Source: an uncultured bacterium (lineage in GTDB: Bacteria > Chloroflexota > Chloroflexia > Thermomicrobiales > Thermomicrobiaceae). Taken from it: 39,660 nucleotides of DNA. Made by a program: the position numbers and the translations under genes. Under the pieces are notes generated by a model, which was given only the letters and a program-made list of their open reading frames with translations, had not been told where the DNA came from and did no database searches. Shown piece by piece: positions 1-10,544 of this stretch (position 1 is its first letter; each line of letters opens with the position of its first letter). The stretch lies in NCBI GenBank assembly GCA_965285975.1, contig CBDIWR010000361.1:1-39660 (forward strand), in the 5' to 3' direction.

Positions 1-1
1 C

Positions 2-139
2 TACGCCTCCATGCTCTGGTTCGCGGTGCTGGCCCTAGCTCTCTTGCGTGCCCAGGGTACCAAGGCCCCACGACAACTGGAGAAGCCGACGGTGACCCCG
101 CAGGGGGTGCAGAGGGACCGCGGTAAGTCGTCGGCCTGA
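2..139 (+). CDS. 3' end of a membrane protein entering from the left (possibly DUF998-like)
   Basis: Open frame YASMLWFAVLALALLRAQG...SSA* ending TGA 137-139, with a hydrophobic helix; family guess from memory only. Confidence 0.4.
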   Translation, partial: YASMLWFAVLALALLRAQGTKAPRQLEKPTVTPQGVQRDRGKSSA

Positions 140-425
140 ATTAGGCGCGGTGCTCAACGGGGCCGCACGAGTTGTCTAAGGAGAGCTGGGCCATCTGCCG
201 GTCCAACTCCCGTCTTGCAGACAAGGGGAATAGTCCGCAGAGCTCTGGGAACGGAGGAGATGTTCCCTTACCACCCATGTTCGTCGTCGAAGGGATTGGG
301 TTCCGGTTCGGGACGAGCGTGCCTGCCGTTTCGGCAGCCGAGGAGCGCAGCGTGCGTTGAAGAGCAGCAACGGGCTCGTACCCGTTCTCTCCCCTGCCCT
401 ATCACGGGATGCCTCCGCTTCGGTA

Positions 426-599
426 TCAAAACCAACGATGGAGCGGACGAGGCAAGGATTTCCAGAAAGGCTTATCTAGTCTCTCGATGTCTGCACGGAG
501 GGCTTCTCTCAGTTTGTTGGTTTGGTTGATGAATAGTTGTTCAGCTTCGTCTACTACTTGTTTCCGGTCAAGTCCCAAAACGATACCCTCCTGAAAATG
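426..599 (-). pseudogene. 3' remnant of a gene cut by the IS110 insertion
   Basis: Open frame HFQEGIVLGLDRKQVVDEAEQLFINQTNKLREALRADIERLDKPFWKSLPRPLHRWF* begins directly at the IS110 right junction and has no start of its own. Confidence 0.4.
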
Positions 600-618
600 C
601 GCTCTCTTGAAAATGAGC

Positions 619-1868
619 TCAGGCCGCCAAATCAGGGTTGGGTGCTACGGGCTGAAGACTGACGCGGTAACCCAGCCGTTCCAGTCGGCGTACCAAGCGT
701 TGCTCAACCGTTTGCCGTTCCAAGTGATCAAAGTAGGCCGCGCCGAGCTCATGGTAGGGCTGCTGTCTGGTAAGGATGTGGTAGATGATGACCAGGACGG
801 TATGTCCGAGCGCGACCAGGGCGCGTTTTTTGCCACGACGGGCGGCGATCCGCCGTACTGGGCAGCCAGATAGGTCTGCTTCGTCTTACTGGCGACATGG
901 GCGATCTGGATCAAGACCTGCCGAACCCATCGGTTGCCTTTGCGGGTCTTGCCGCTCAGCCGTTTACCGCCGCTCTCGGCGTTGCCGGGACAGATGCCCG
1001 CCCAGGAGGCCAGATGTTTGGCACTGGGGAATCGCTGGAGATCGGTGCCGAGTTCGGCGATGAGGATCTCCGCCGCCCGTCGGCTGATCCCCGGCACCGT
1101 ATCGAGCAAGGCGATCGCGGCCTCGTCTTGCTGGAGGCGCTGTGCGATCTCGGCGCTCACCCGCTCCATCGTCTCCTCCAGATAGTCGAGGTGGCTCAGG
1201 TGTTCGGCGATCAGGAAGGCATGATGGGCCGTAAATCGCCCTGCCACGGCCCGTGCCAACAGATCCCGCTTCACCCGCAGACGGCCCCGCGCCAGTTCCG
1301 CGAGCATGGTCGGATCGGTCTCGCCCGCAATCAGCGCCTTCAAGATGGCCCGGGCCGAGACGCCACGCACATCAGTCACCACCGAGGCCAGTTTCACATT
1401 GGCGTCTTGGAGCACCGCCTGCAGCCGATTGGTGAGCCGGGCTCGCTCCTCGACCAAATGGGTGCGGTAGCGGGTGAGATCACGCAGGTGCCGCTGCTCG
1501 GGCGAGGGAATGAAGCTCCCACGCAGCAGCCCGTGGCGCAGCAGGTCGGCGATCCACTCCGCGTCCTTGACATCGGTCTTGCGCCCCGGCACGGCTTTGC
1601 TGTGATAGGCATTCGCCACCAGGATGACGAACTGCCCCTCCAGGAGGTTGGAGACCGGACGCCAGTAGGCGCTGGTGCTCTCCATGGCGATGTGGGTGCA
1701 GCCCACTGTGGTCAGCCAGTCGAGCATGGCGAGCAGATCGTCGGTCATGGTGCTGAAGGTGCGGAGATCCTGGTGAACACCGCCGTCGGCACTGCTGGTG
1801 AGCAGACAGGCGACGACAAACTTCTTATGGATATCGAGCCCGCAGCAGCACGGATAGATGACTTGCAT
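619..1868 (-). pseudogene. IS110 transposase/recombinase with a 1-nt frameshift near 855
   Basis: Motifs [33 protein letters not shown]. After AAQY the family-like tail RIAARRGKKRALVALGHTVLVIIYHIL...RRLERLGYRVSLQPVAPNPDLAA* continues in another frame to TGA at 621-619. Confidence 0.85.
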
Positions 1869-2059
1869 CGGCTACCCCCTTTGCACGAGGTGACAATCTC
1901 GGCGTCGTCAGCCGGGTGTCCGCCTTTCTCAGCTACGCTCCTGCGTGCTACCCAACGATGGGGTGCGACAACGAGTGGTGCCTCGGGACACCCCGGTCCA
2001 ACTGTTGACCGGCTCGGAGCACGAGAATCCACCGACCTCTGCGCTGGCGACGTGCGGGC
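1869..2059 (-). ncRNA. Candidate IS110 bridge RNA-encoding non-coding end
   Basis: ~190 nt between the terminal repeat and the transposase ATG, preceded by TATACT (-10 box, 2065-2060); this position matches IS110-group bridge RNA loci; fold not computed. Confidence 0.55.
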
Positions 2060-2104
2060 AGTATAGTCATTTTCATCGAGAGTGGCGGGACACAGGCCCA
2101 GGGG

Positions 2105-2690
2105 TAACTGTTGGCGAATTCGCGGCACTCCCCTTGAGGGCTGACATGCGGAGATAGCAGTCCGGATGCAGATGAAGAGGGGGTGTGTGATGTCTTTGCA
2201 GCCTGAACCGGTTGGCCCGGTCCCCGAAGCAACCGCCCGCGTCGCTCAAGCCGCCTTCCCCAAAGGTAACACTTATATGCAGTTGCGTGATGTACTCGGG
2301 GTGATCTACGCCGATGCCAGCTTTGCGCCGTTGTTCGCCCGGTGTAGGCGACCGGCGGAATCCCCCTGGCGCTTGGCCCTCGTCACCATCATGCAGTTTG
2401 CCGAGGGGCTCTCAGATCGGCAGGCCGCCGAGGCCGTCCGAGCGCGGATTGATTGGAAGTATGCCCTCGGCTTGGAATTGACCGATCCCGGCTTCGACTT
2501 CTCGGTCCTCTGTGAGTTCCACGCCCGGCTCATCCAAGGCGCCGCTGAACAGCTGTTGCTCGACGCCCTTCTCACGGCCTGCAAGGAGCGCGGCTATCTC
2601 AAGGCACGCGGCCGTCAGCGCACCGACGCCACGCAGGTCCTCGGCGTGTTGCGCCTGCTCAGCCGCTTGGAGCAGGTCGCTGAGACCCTC
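2105..2690 (+). mobile_element. Truncated IS1182-family element (5' part only)
   Basis: ATG 2190: MSLQPEPVGPVPEATARVAQAAFPKGN...EGLSDRQAAEAVRARIDWKYALGLELTDPGFDFSVL...RQRTDAT. Similarity stops after LEQVAETL (~2690). ACTGTTGGCGAATT (2107-2120) is a plausible left terminal repeat. Confidence 0.8.
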
Positions 2691-3561
2691 CACCACAATG
2701 CCGCACAGGCGCGCCAGCGAGGCGCAAGGCCGCGAACGAACGGCACCGTTTTCAGGCTCCGACACCGGTTAGCGGTTCGAGATCGTGGTCGCGGGGAGTT
2801 CAGGAGCGGCAAGCCATGCCTCGTGGATTCCTCGAGATTGAGATGACGCGTTCCACCAGTTTGCGCCTGGATCTCCGCACGACGGCGGAGTCACAGCCGA
2901 CAACGAGGTTGGTTCCAATCGGGCCATGCCGCCGCGGCATTCCGCGCTAATCGTCATGCCGTGAGCCCGCTGGCAAATCTTTTCGTCGGCGCCGAGGCGG
3001 CACGCGTCTGCGTGTGCGCTCGTCCAGGGCCTCGAGGGCCAGCAGCACGATCCCTATCCCGCGGAGGAGTTCACCATGCCTGCCTCATCCCACATCTCCT
3101 TGGCGCGGCTGCCGGGCTCGGCTACGACTCAGGATTACGACCGAAAGGCGAGGCGCCGCGGCTTATGACGATCCGGAGTGGGTTCCGGCACGCCGAACGG
3201 CGTGGAGCCGGGCTTGACGTGCGCTTAGCCGACCTCCACTCGCCGGCCGACGCTGTTTCAGCTGCTCGCCACCGGCGTATCTGGACCCGATCGACCACCG
3301 GGCTCTCCCGGCAGCAGTCGCGGGACGAGAGCGACCGGGACCGGCGTGATGGACGTGTTCGCAATGCGAGCGACCACGCTCGGTCAGCGCCTCACCCGGC
3401 GTCCGGCTCACGCCTCCCGTGCACGAGCCGATTACTACCATCGGTTACGACCGTTCGGTTCATGCCGCGCACTGCTGCTGGCGCCTAGACTGGTGTCACG
3501 TGATAGCAGGGACGCTCGTCATGAGCGGAGCCCGGCAAGGGCCGAACAGGAGGGTTAGCCC

Positions 3562-3912
3562 ATGTCTACCGAAAACCAGCCCGCTGAAGATCAACCCGTC
3601 CTCGATACGCTGCTCCAGATGAGCGCCGAGACGTACAAGCGTTCCGGTCTCGACCCGAGGACCTTCATGATGGTGCGGATCGCCGCGCTGGCTGCCGTCG
3701 ACGCTCCACCGCTCTCCTACCTCGCCAATCTCAGCATCGCCAGCGACACCGGCCTGACCGTCGAGGACGTGCAGGGCACGCTCGTGGCGATCGCTCCCAT
3801 CGTGGGCGGGCCACGCGTAGTGTCGTCGGTCGGCAACATCGGGCGAGCACTGGGGATCTCGATCGTAATCGCCGAGAACAGCGAGCAGGAGGAACTCACC
3901 GACACGCACTAG
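3562..3912 (+). CDS. Carboxymuconolactone decarboxylase (CMD/AhpD)-like protein lacking CxxC
   Basis: SGLDPRTFMMVRIAALAAVDAPP...GLTVEDVQGTLVAIAPIVGGPRVVS; RBS GGAGGG upstream. Confidence 0.75.
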   Translation: MSTENQPAEDQPVLDTLLQMSAETYKRSGLDPRTFMMVRIAALAAVDAPPLSYLANLSIASDTGLTVEDVQGTLVAIAPIVGGPRVVSSVGNIGRALGISIVIAENSEQEELTDTH

Positions 3913-4142
3913 TGTGTCGCGCGAGCGTGGGGCATCTCGCGTTCGCTGATCCTGCCGGCTCCACCGGCGCGGCAACGGCGGCCGGACGGTGCTGAGGTTT
4001 TTGCGCCACTTTCGCGCCCGTTTCGTTTGCGCGGTCGGGCTATGCCCGGCCGTCGCCGTTCACCCACCGCGGGGATCCACCGGAGGAGCGCACGGCCAGT
4101 CGTTGGTCGGCGACACCGGTTCAGCTATGGTCGGAGGTCAGC

Positions 4143-4439
4143 ATGTGCTGCTTTGCGACGATCCTACTGTTCCTCGGTCCGCGCGCGGGCATCCTCTTCT
4201 GGTGGCTTTATGATCCGATCCGATGGGATCGGATGTTCAGCTCGTTCGTCTGGCCTGTCCTGGGGTTCATGTTTCTGCCCTGGACGACCCTCATGTACGT
4301 CGGGGTTGGGTTTGGCGGGATCCACGGTTTCGACTGGTTCTGGATGGGCTTGGCGCTGCTCGGCGACCTGGCGATGTACGCTGGCGGCGGGTATGGCAAC
4401 CGCGAACGGGGGCGCGAGTACGCCTCGCGCTACGGATGA
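4143..4439 (+). CDS. Small membrane protein of unknown function
   Basis: GGAGG RBS, about three hydrophobic segments, LGFMFLPWTTLMY motif, GC-rich third positions. Confidence 0.8.
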   Translation: MCCFATILLFLGPRAGILFWWLYDPIRWDRMFSSFVWPVLGFMFLPWTTLMYVGVGFGGIHGFDWFWMGLALLGDLAMYAGGGYGNRERGREYASRYG

Positions 4440-4643
4440 GTGGCACCCGACCCGTTGCGACGATGATGCATCAGGTGCCGGCCGCGACCTGGATTGGCGA
4501 CGCACTCGGCGGCACCCGCACGCGAACTCGCGACTTGTCCAACTCGGACTCTCGAGCCAACTTCTCTTCTGCGACGCGCGGCCCAGGGGCGGGTCTGGCT
4601 GCCCTGGGAGGATCTCGAGGGCACGAGTTAGGCGCTCGAAGCT

Positions 4644-4784
4644 AGTCTTACCGGCATGTCATTCGAGCGTGACGGAGGTGACATGGCGGCCACTGGCTTG
4701 TACGTCGGCTTGGAACCCTGGGGCAGCCACATCCTGCGGTTGCATCCCCGGACGGACCACGGTGAGTCCCGCCGGCGGAGCTGA
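4644..4784 (+). pseudogene. Possible 3' remnant of an alpha-amylase-family (GH13) gene
   Basis: Frame SLTGMSFERDGGDMAATGLYVGLEPWGSHILRL resembles, from memory, the C-terminus of a GH13-like family; no upstream body. Confidence 0.35.
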
Positions 4785-4953
4785 CGCGTCATGCTCCGTG
4801 CTTCGGATCGCGGATGGCCGATGGGTCGCCCGGAAGGTGGTGGGCCGCTGAACTACGACCCTGATCTACACCCCCCGGGGCGATTCGTGGCGCGCGCCAG
4901 CGGCTTAAAAGGAGTAGTAGTGGGACGATCGTGGCTGTGAAGGGAGATCACGA

Positions 4954-5490
4954 GTGGCCACACTGACCGCATTCAAGTTCTCAACACCAACCGGTGCCGA
5001 TGAGCTGCTGGCCAAGCTGCTACAGCTGCAGTCTCAGGGACTCATCACCGTCCAGGACGCAGCTATCGTCCGCTGGCCGGAAGGGGCGAAGAAGCCCAAG
5101 ACCCAGCAGCTCACCGACCTGACCGGCGCGGGTGCGCTGTCCGGTGCCTTCTGGGGCATGTTGTTCGGGTTGCTCTTCTTCGTACCGATCTTCGGGCTGG
5201 CGATCGGCGCCGCTTTTGGGGCGCTGGCGGGGCATTGGGCCGACGTCGGCATATCGGATGACTTCATCAACCAGGTCAAACATCAGGTGAAGCCGGGCAC
5301 CTCGGCGATCTTTCTGCTGACGAGCGGGGCGGTCATGGATCGCGTGCAGGAGGCCATGAGCGGGATGCGATTCGAGATCATATCGACCAACCTCACGGCC
5401 GAGCAGGAAGCGAAGATGCGCGAGGTGTTCGCCGAGGATACCCCGGCCGCAGCGCCAGCCGACAGCGAACAGCAGCAGATGAACCCCTAA
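4954..5490 (+). CDS. DUF1269-family membrane protein
   Basis: DAAIVRWPEGAKKPKTQQL...GALSGAFWGMLFGLLFFVP...DVGISDDFI...PGTSAIF; GTG start with GGGAG RBS. Confidence 0.85.
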   Translation: MATLTAFKFSTPTGADELLAKLLQLQSQGLITVQDAAIVRWPEGAKKPKTQQLTDLTGAGALSGAFWGMLFGLLFFVPIFGLAIGAAFGALAGHWADVGISDDFINQVKHQVKPGTSAIFLLTSGAVMDRVQEAMSGMRFEIISTNLTAEQEAKMREVFAEDTPAAAPADSEQQQMNP

Positions 5491-5552
5491 CGGCCGCCGC
5501 TGGCACCCCGCCCGCCGAGCAGACGAGTCCACGCTCGGTACCAACCAGTCCA

Positions 5553-5587
5553 ATCGTGCCGCCCTCTTCCCCGAACGGCGGCACGAT
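5553..5587. terminator. Hairpin between convergent genes
   Basis: ATCGTGCCGCC (5553-5563) / GGCGGCACGAT (5577-5587) perfect 11-bp inverted repeat; no U tract. Confidence 0.4.
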
Positions 5588-5740
5588 GTACAACGGAACG
5601 ATACCCCTCACTCCCCCGATCCGCACGGCCCACGCTCCACCCGAGACACTCGGGCACCCATCGACACGAGCGTCATCCGGCTAGGACGGCAGCGGCGGCA
5701 GGATATCGGCGATCTCCCGCGCTATCGCGCTGCGCTCAGC

Positions 5741-7285
5741 TCACTGGGGCCCGGATTGCTGCGTCGTGGCTGCCGGCTCTCTAATGAGCATGGCCGTTCC
5801 AAGTCCGATCAGGGTACAGGCCCCCATGACGATCACGGCCGCAGCGTAGACCCCATTCGGGTTGCCCGAAAACGCTGTCGATACCAGCACGGAGCCGACG
5901 AGCGCCGTTCCGAGCGAGGATCCCAGATTCGAGACACTGCGCGAGAGTCCGGAAATCTCTCCCTGGTCGGCCTCGGGCCAGCTCGACTGCACGACATTGA
6001 CCGAGGAGGTCAGCATCACGCCGATACCTACGCCCATCAGCAACAATCCCGGGATGAACGTCCAATTGGGGGAGGTGGCGTTCGCCAGCCATAAGAGCAG
6101 CGCGATCCCAATCGTCGTCATGAGAAACCCCGTCCGGATCAGCAGTACCTGCGAGAAGCGCCGAGCAAGCCTGCCGGCCACGGCGGAGGACGCCAGGATG
6201 CCGACCGTGGATGCCGTGAGGACGAGGCCCGTTTCGATCGCGTTGTACCCGCGCACCGTCTGCAGAAACACGGAGATCACGAAGAAGCTACCCTGCAAGG
6301 TCAGCCACTGGAGGGTCTGGGTCACGAGCCCCAGATTGGATGTGCGGTTGTGGAACAGGCGCGTGGAGAGCAGCGGCGGCTTTCCCGCTCGCTCCACGGA
6401 GCGGATGTGCCGGCCGAACCACACCAGGAAGATCGCGCCGATGCCCATCAGCGGCCAGACCGGCGAAATGCCCCCTTCGCTGATCAGCACGATATCGCCG
6501 AAGGTGACGTTCTGCGTCGCTGTCACCCATCCGTAGGTCCCCGACTGGAGGATCCCCAGCACCACGAAGACCAGACCGACCGCGGAGAGTATGGCTCCCT
6601 TGATGTCAAAGGCGGGTTTCGGCGTCGGCACGGCGCGGCCGGGATAACGCCAGGTGGCGAGGATGATGCCACCAACGACCAGCACCTGCACCATGAATGA
6701 GGCACGCCAGCTGATCGCACTCGTGATGATTCCGCCGATGAGCGGGCCGGCAGCGGCCCCCAGCCCGGCCGCGGCGCTGACAGTCGCGAATGCCTTGGCG
6801 CGGGATTCGACATCCTGAAAGATGACAGTCAGCAGGATGTAGATCGGAGGAATCATCAGGGCTGAGCCGATCCCACCCATGAACGAATAGCCGACGACTA
6901 GCGTCGCGAGCCGCTGCGACAGGAGCGCCAGGAGCGCGCCGAGACTGTAGATGACCAGGCCGAGCAGGAAGCATCGCTTGCGGCCCCAGAGATCGGTGAG
7001 CTTGCTGCCCGGGATCATCAGCGCCGCCATGGTCAGGGTGAAGAGGGTGATCGCGATCTGGACGCCGTGTGTCGTTGTTCCCAGGTCAGTGGCGATGCTA
7101 CTGATGGCCACATTCATGTTGGAGCCGGCATAGGTGGCGATGAACTGGGTCAGGGCCAGGGGGATGAGCAGACGCCCGGCTGAAGTGCCCGGTTCGTGCA
7201 ACGCGGATGACTCGGTGCCCTGTAGGGCCTGGGTCCGACCCTCCCTGGGAGCGGGTGAAGATGGGCTGGCAGGTGTCATACGCAC
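5741..7285 (-). CDS. MFS transporter (DHA2/EmrB-like, ~14 TM)
   Basis: MFS motif A-like GSKLTDLWGRKR, GPLIGG motif C, many hydrophobic helices; start uncertain (7285 or 7279). Confidence 0.9.
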   Translation of the reverse strand: MRMTPASPSSPAPREGRTQALQGTESSALHEPGTSAGRLLIPLALTQFIATYAGSNMNVAISSIATDLGTTTHGVQIAITLFTLTMAALMIPGSKLTDLWGRKRCFLLGLVIYSLGALLALLSQRLATLVVGYSFMGGIGSALMIPPIYILLTVIFQDVESRAKAFATVSAAAGLGAAAGPLIGGIITSAISWRASFMVQVLVVGGIILATWRYPGRAVPTPKPAFDIKGAILSAVGLVFVVLGILQSGTYGWVTATQNVTFGDIVLISEGGISPVWPLMGIGAIFLVWFGRHIRSVERAGKPPLLSTRLFHNRTSNLGLVTQTLQWLTLQGSFFVISVFLQTVRGYNAIETGLVLTASTVGILASSAVAGRLARRFSQVLLIRTGFLMTTIGIALLLWLANATSPNWTFIPGLLLMGVGIGVMLTSSVNVVQSSWPEADQGEISGLSRSVSNLGSSLGTALVGSVLVSTAFSGNPNGVYAAAVIVMGACTLIGLGTAMLIREPAATTQQSGPQ

Positions 7286-7887
7286 CCTCGTCTTCTCGAG
7301 CGGATCTAGCGGGAGCAGGACGCATCACATGAAGCGTAAGGTGGGAGGCTCCGTCCAGGAAGAACTACGGAGGTGTAGCTCGGGGTCGTAACCACCGCGA
7401 TGAGGGGATCCGCTGCCGGCCGTCCGGGTGCAGAAGCGATGAGATCACTCATCGGGCAAAGCCGGCTACACCGCCCAATTGCGACCTGATGGGTGACGAA
7501 TAACCTCGCATTTCCTGTCAGGATTAAGATGATGCACGATCATGACCTAACCGGTCAGATCATCGGCACAGCGTCCCACCGGAGGAACCGCACCTTGCAC
7601 GCCGCCGCTGTGCCTGGATCGATAATCACCAGTCGGGCCGCGGCGCTTAGGTCCGAACCCCACGGGCGACTGCTACCAGGAGGTTTGTGCGGTTGAAACA
7701 CGGGCAGAGGATGCGACCGCCTGCACTCTTCAGAAAGCTGGGCAGGTGCTTGCGCAGATCGGGCCGGTTCTGGATCACCGCATAGACGGGAACTCCGGTC
7801 GACGAACATCGGGATCAGGTCCGTCCGTGGTCGCACGGCGGACGTCGCAGATTCCGTCATCGGCCGGTGACAGGGACGGAGGCCTTC

Positions 7888-9810
7888 ATGACCACCATCG
7901 ACAAAGACTCGAACCACCCACGGACGTTGCGTGGCCCACTAGGTCACGGCCAGAGCGCAGCGGCTCCCTCGCCGTTCCCGCCAATCGCCGACTACGCGTT
8001 CCTGTCGAACTGCCATACCGGCGCCTTGGTCGCTCCGGATGGGGCGATCGACTGGCTGTGCGTTCCCAACTTTGAATCGCCGAGCGTATTCGGAAGCCTG
8101 CTCGACCGTCAGGCCGGTGCGTTCAGGTTCGCGCCGTACGGCATCAACCATCCCACCGCGCGGGTCTACGAACCGGGAACGAACGTCCTGGTGACGACCT
8201 GGAAGACGCCTGGCGGCTGGGTCGTCATTCGAGACGCGCTGACGATGGGGGTTCGCGACCACGAAGATGAGGTCACAACACACACACGGCCGCCGACGGA
8301 CTACGATGGCTGTCACCGACTCGTTCGCACTGCCCTCTGCATCGACGGACGTGTCGAGATCGATCTCGTGTGCGAGCCGGTCTTCGACTACGGCCGCGTG
8401 CCGGCCGAGTGGACGCTTGTCGGGAGCAACAGACACGTCGCCGACGCCAGCGGCGCGGGACAGACGATCCGTCTCCAAACCGATCTGGAACTCGGCGTCG
8501 AGGGTGGTCGCGTTCGCGGCAGGCACGCGCTCGGCGCGGGAGATCGTGCCTACTGCGTGCTCACGTGGTCCGAAGGGTTCGCCGCTCCCGCCGACGCCGA
8601 CCACGCGGAGTTCGAGATCAGCGAGACGATTCGCTTCTGGCGCGGCTGGCTGGGCGCAGCGCGCTTTCCCGATCACGAGTGGCTGGATCAACTCCAGCGC
8701 TCGGCCCTCGCGGTGAAGGGTCTCACCTACATGCCGACCGGGGCAACGGTAGCGGCGCTCACGACCTCCCTGCCGGAGACGCCAGGCGGCTCGCGCAACT
8801 GGGACTACCGCTTCACCTGGATGCGTGACAGCACGTTCACCCTCCAGGCTCTTCACTGGCTCGCCCTCGACTGGGAAGCTGACGAGTTCATGCAATTCGT
8901 CGCGGACGTCGAGCCGAATCCCGACGGCGGTCTGCAGATCATGTATGGGATCGACGGCCGCCGAGATCTATCGGAATCGACCGTGGACGAGCTCTCAGGA
9001 TACGCCGGTGCCAGACCCGTCCGAATCGGCAATGCCGCGTTCAATCAGCGGCAGAACGATGTCTACGGCGCCGTCCTCGACTCGATCCTACTGCACACGC
9101 GGAGGAGCGAGCGGCTGCCACGAAGACTCTGGCCACTGGTGCGTGCTCAGGCTGAATGTGCCAAACGGGTCTGGAAGGAGCCGGACCAGGGTATCTGGGA
9201 GGCACGAGGGAAGCCCCGTCACTACGTGTCCTCGAAGCTCATGTCCTGGGTGGCGTTGGATCGGGCGGCGACGCTGGCGGAGATCCGGGGCGACTCGGAA
9301 CTGGCCAGGACTTGGTCCTCTGACGCCCAAGAGATCCGCGAAGACATCCTCGCGCATGGCGTAAGCGACCGCGGAGTACTGCGCCAACACTACGAATCCG
9401 ATGTGCTCGACGCCTCGACACTCCTGACAGGCTCGTTCAAGTTCTTGTCGCCAGACGACGAACGATTGCGCAACACCGTCCTCGCGATTGCGGACGAACT
9501 CACGGAAGACGGCTTCGTCCTCCGCTACAAGACTGACGAGACTGATGACGGCCTCTCTGGAAAAGAGGGCTCCTTTCTCATTTGTTCGTTCTGGCTCGTA
9601 TCCGCACTCGCGATCATCGGTGATTTCCAGCGTGCCCGCGACCTGATGGAGCGGCTCCTTCGTATCGCGTCGCCGCTTGGGCTCTACGCGGAAGAGTTCG
9701 ATGTCGCAACCGGGCGGCACCTGGGGAACTTCCCGCAAGCGTTTTCCCATCTCGCGCTCATCGAGGCCGCCGGTCGGATCATCGTCGCCGAGCGGCTGTC
9801 GGAGGTGTGA
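7888..9810 (+). CDS. Glycoside hydrolase family 15 (trehalase/glucoamylase-like)
   Basis: PIADYAFLSNCHTGALV, TTSLPE..GG.RNWDYRFTWMRD, DQGIWEARG, GLYAEE, LGNFPQAFSHLALI; ATG 7888 follows GGAGG. Confidence 0.92.
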   Translation: MTTIDKDSNHPRTLRGPLGHGQSAAAPSPFPPIADYAFLSNCHTGALVAPDGAIDWLCVPNFESPSVFGSLLDRQAGAFRFAPYGINHPTARVYEPGTNVLVTTWKTPGGWVVIRDALTMGVRDHEDEVTTHTRPPTDYDGCHRLVRTALCIDGRVEIDLVCEPVFDYGRVPAEWTLVGSNRHVADASGAGQTIRLQTDLELGVEGGRVRGRHALGAGDRAYCVLTWSEGFAAPADADHAEFEISETIRFWRGWLGAARFPDHEWLDQLQRSALAVKGLTYMPTGATVAALTTSLPETPGGSRNWDYRFTWMRDSTFTLQALHWLALDWEADEFMQFVADVEPNPDGGLQIMYGIDGRRDLSESTVDELSGYAGARPVRIGNAAFNQRQNDVYGAVLDSILLHTRRSERLPRRLWPLVRAQAECAKRVWKEPDQGIWEARGKPRHYVSSKLMSWVALDRAATLAEIRGDSELARTWSSDAQEIREDILAHGVSDRGVLRQHYESDVLDASTLLTGSFKFLSPDDERLRNTVLAIADELTEDGFVLRYKTDETDDGLSGKEGSFLICSFWLVSALAIIGDFQRARDLMERLLRIASPLGLYAEEFDVATGRHLGNFPQAFSHLALIEAAGRIIVAERLSEV

Positions 9811-9975
9811 CGTCACCTGAGCGCGGCTGAGTCAGCGGATCACGACGTAGAACGATGGACGACTGAGCCGAAGCATGATCGCGGCGAAACCATCAAAAAG
9901 GTCGGTTCCAGGACGGAGCACTCGTTGTAGACGACACCCAAGGGTGTCGTCTACAATGGTGCGCCCACCCCTGTG

Positions 9976-10521
9976 TCAGCGACTCGGGTGAGCCATCTGG
10001 TCGATAGCCGCCGTGACCGCGAGGATCACGACGTCGTTCTGGCCGGGTGAGATCTCCACGCCGTAGGTGTCTCGGAGGCGAAACCACTTCTTGGAGACCT
10101 CGGCGACCTGGTCTCGGCCTTCTCCGATGCGGTATTCGTGGTCCAGGATGTTGCCTTGCACGGCGAGATCGGGCCCGTCAGCGATCCTGACAACCCAGCG
10201 GTCACGGAGTGGTGTGATCAATGCCTTCTTCACCATCGCGACGCGTTCACCGCCAGGGCCCTCTATCTCCATACTGTCTTTAATGCGCATCATCCGCTCT
10301 TGGATCTTGCAAAGCTCATGACCTTGAGGATCCTCGAACATGAGCGTCTGGCGGATCCGCAGTGCCTTGCCGTCCACCTTGAAGACGCGCTGGCCCTGCT
10401 CATTCTCGATCCAATAGTCGTCCCCGATTGATACCATGCGCTGGCGCATCATGTAGCGATGGCCATCACCGGCCTCCGCCTGGCCGGGCACTCCGGCACG
10501 TTCCTGTCGTCGTCGAAACAT
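9976..10521 (-). CDS. LURP-one/Tubby-C-like (scramblase family) protein
   Basis: MRQRMVSIGDDYWIENEQG...VDGKALR...GNILDHEY...VSKKWFRLRDTYGVEI; GGAGG RBS. Confidence 0.85.
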   Translation of the reverse strand: MFRRRQERAGVPGQAEAGDGHRYMMRQRMVSIGDDYWIENEQGQRVFKVDGKALRIRQTLMFEDPQGHELCKIQERMMRIKDSMEIEGPGGERVAMVKKALITPLRDRWVVRIADGPDLAVQGNILDHEYRIGEGRDQVAEVSKKWFRLRDTYGVEISPGQNDVVILAVTAAIDQMAHPSR

Positions 10522-10544
10522 GGCCTACCTCCGAGTAGTGGTTG

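Larger units (their letters stand above)
600..2078 (-). mobile_element. IS110-family insertion sequence
   Basis: DEDD transposase; sub-terminal inverted repeat TGAAAATGA (608-616) / TCATTTTCA (2067-2075); CG dinucleotide at both inferred junctions (600-601, 2077-2078); no obvious target duplication. Confidence 0.85.

Noticed and set aside
897-2066. 389-aa plus-strand ORF
   Set aside because: Antisense shadow of the IS110 transposase; no recognisable motifs
3076-3168. Short ORF after a strong GGAGGAG RBS
   Set aside because: About 30 codons with no recognisable similarity; cannot be supported
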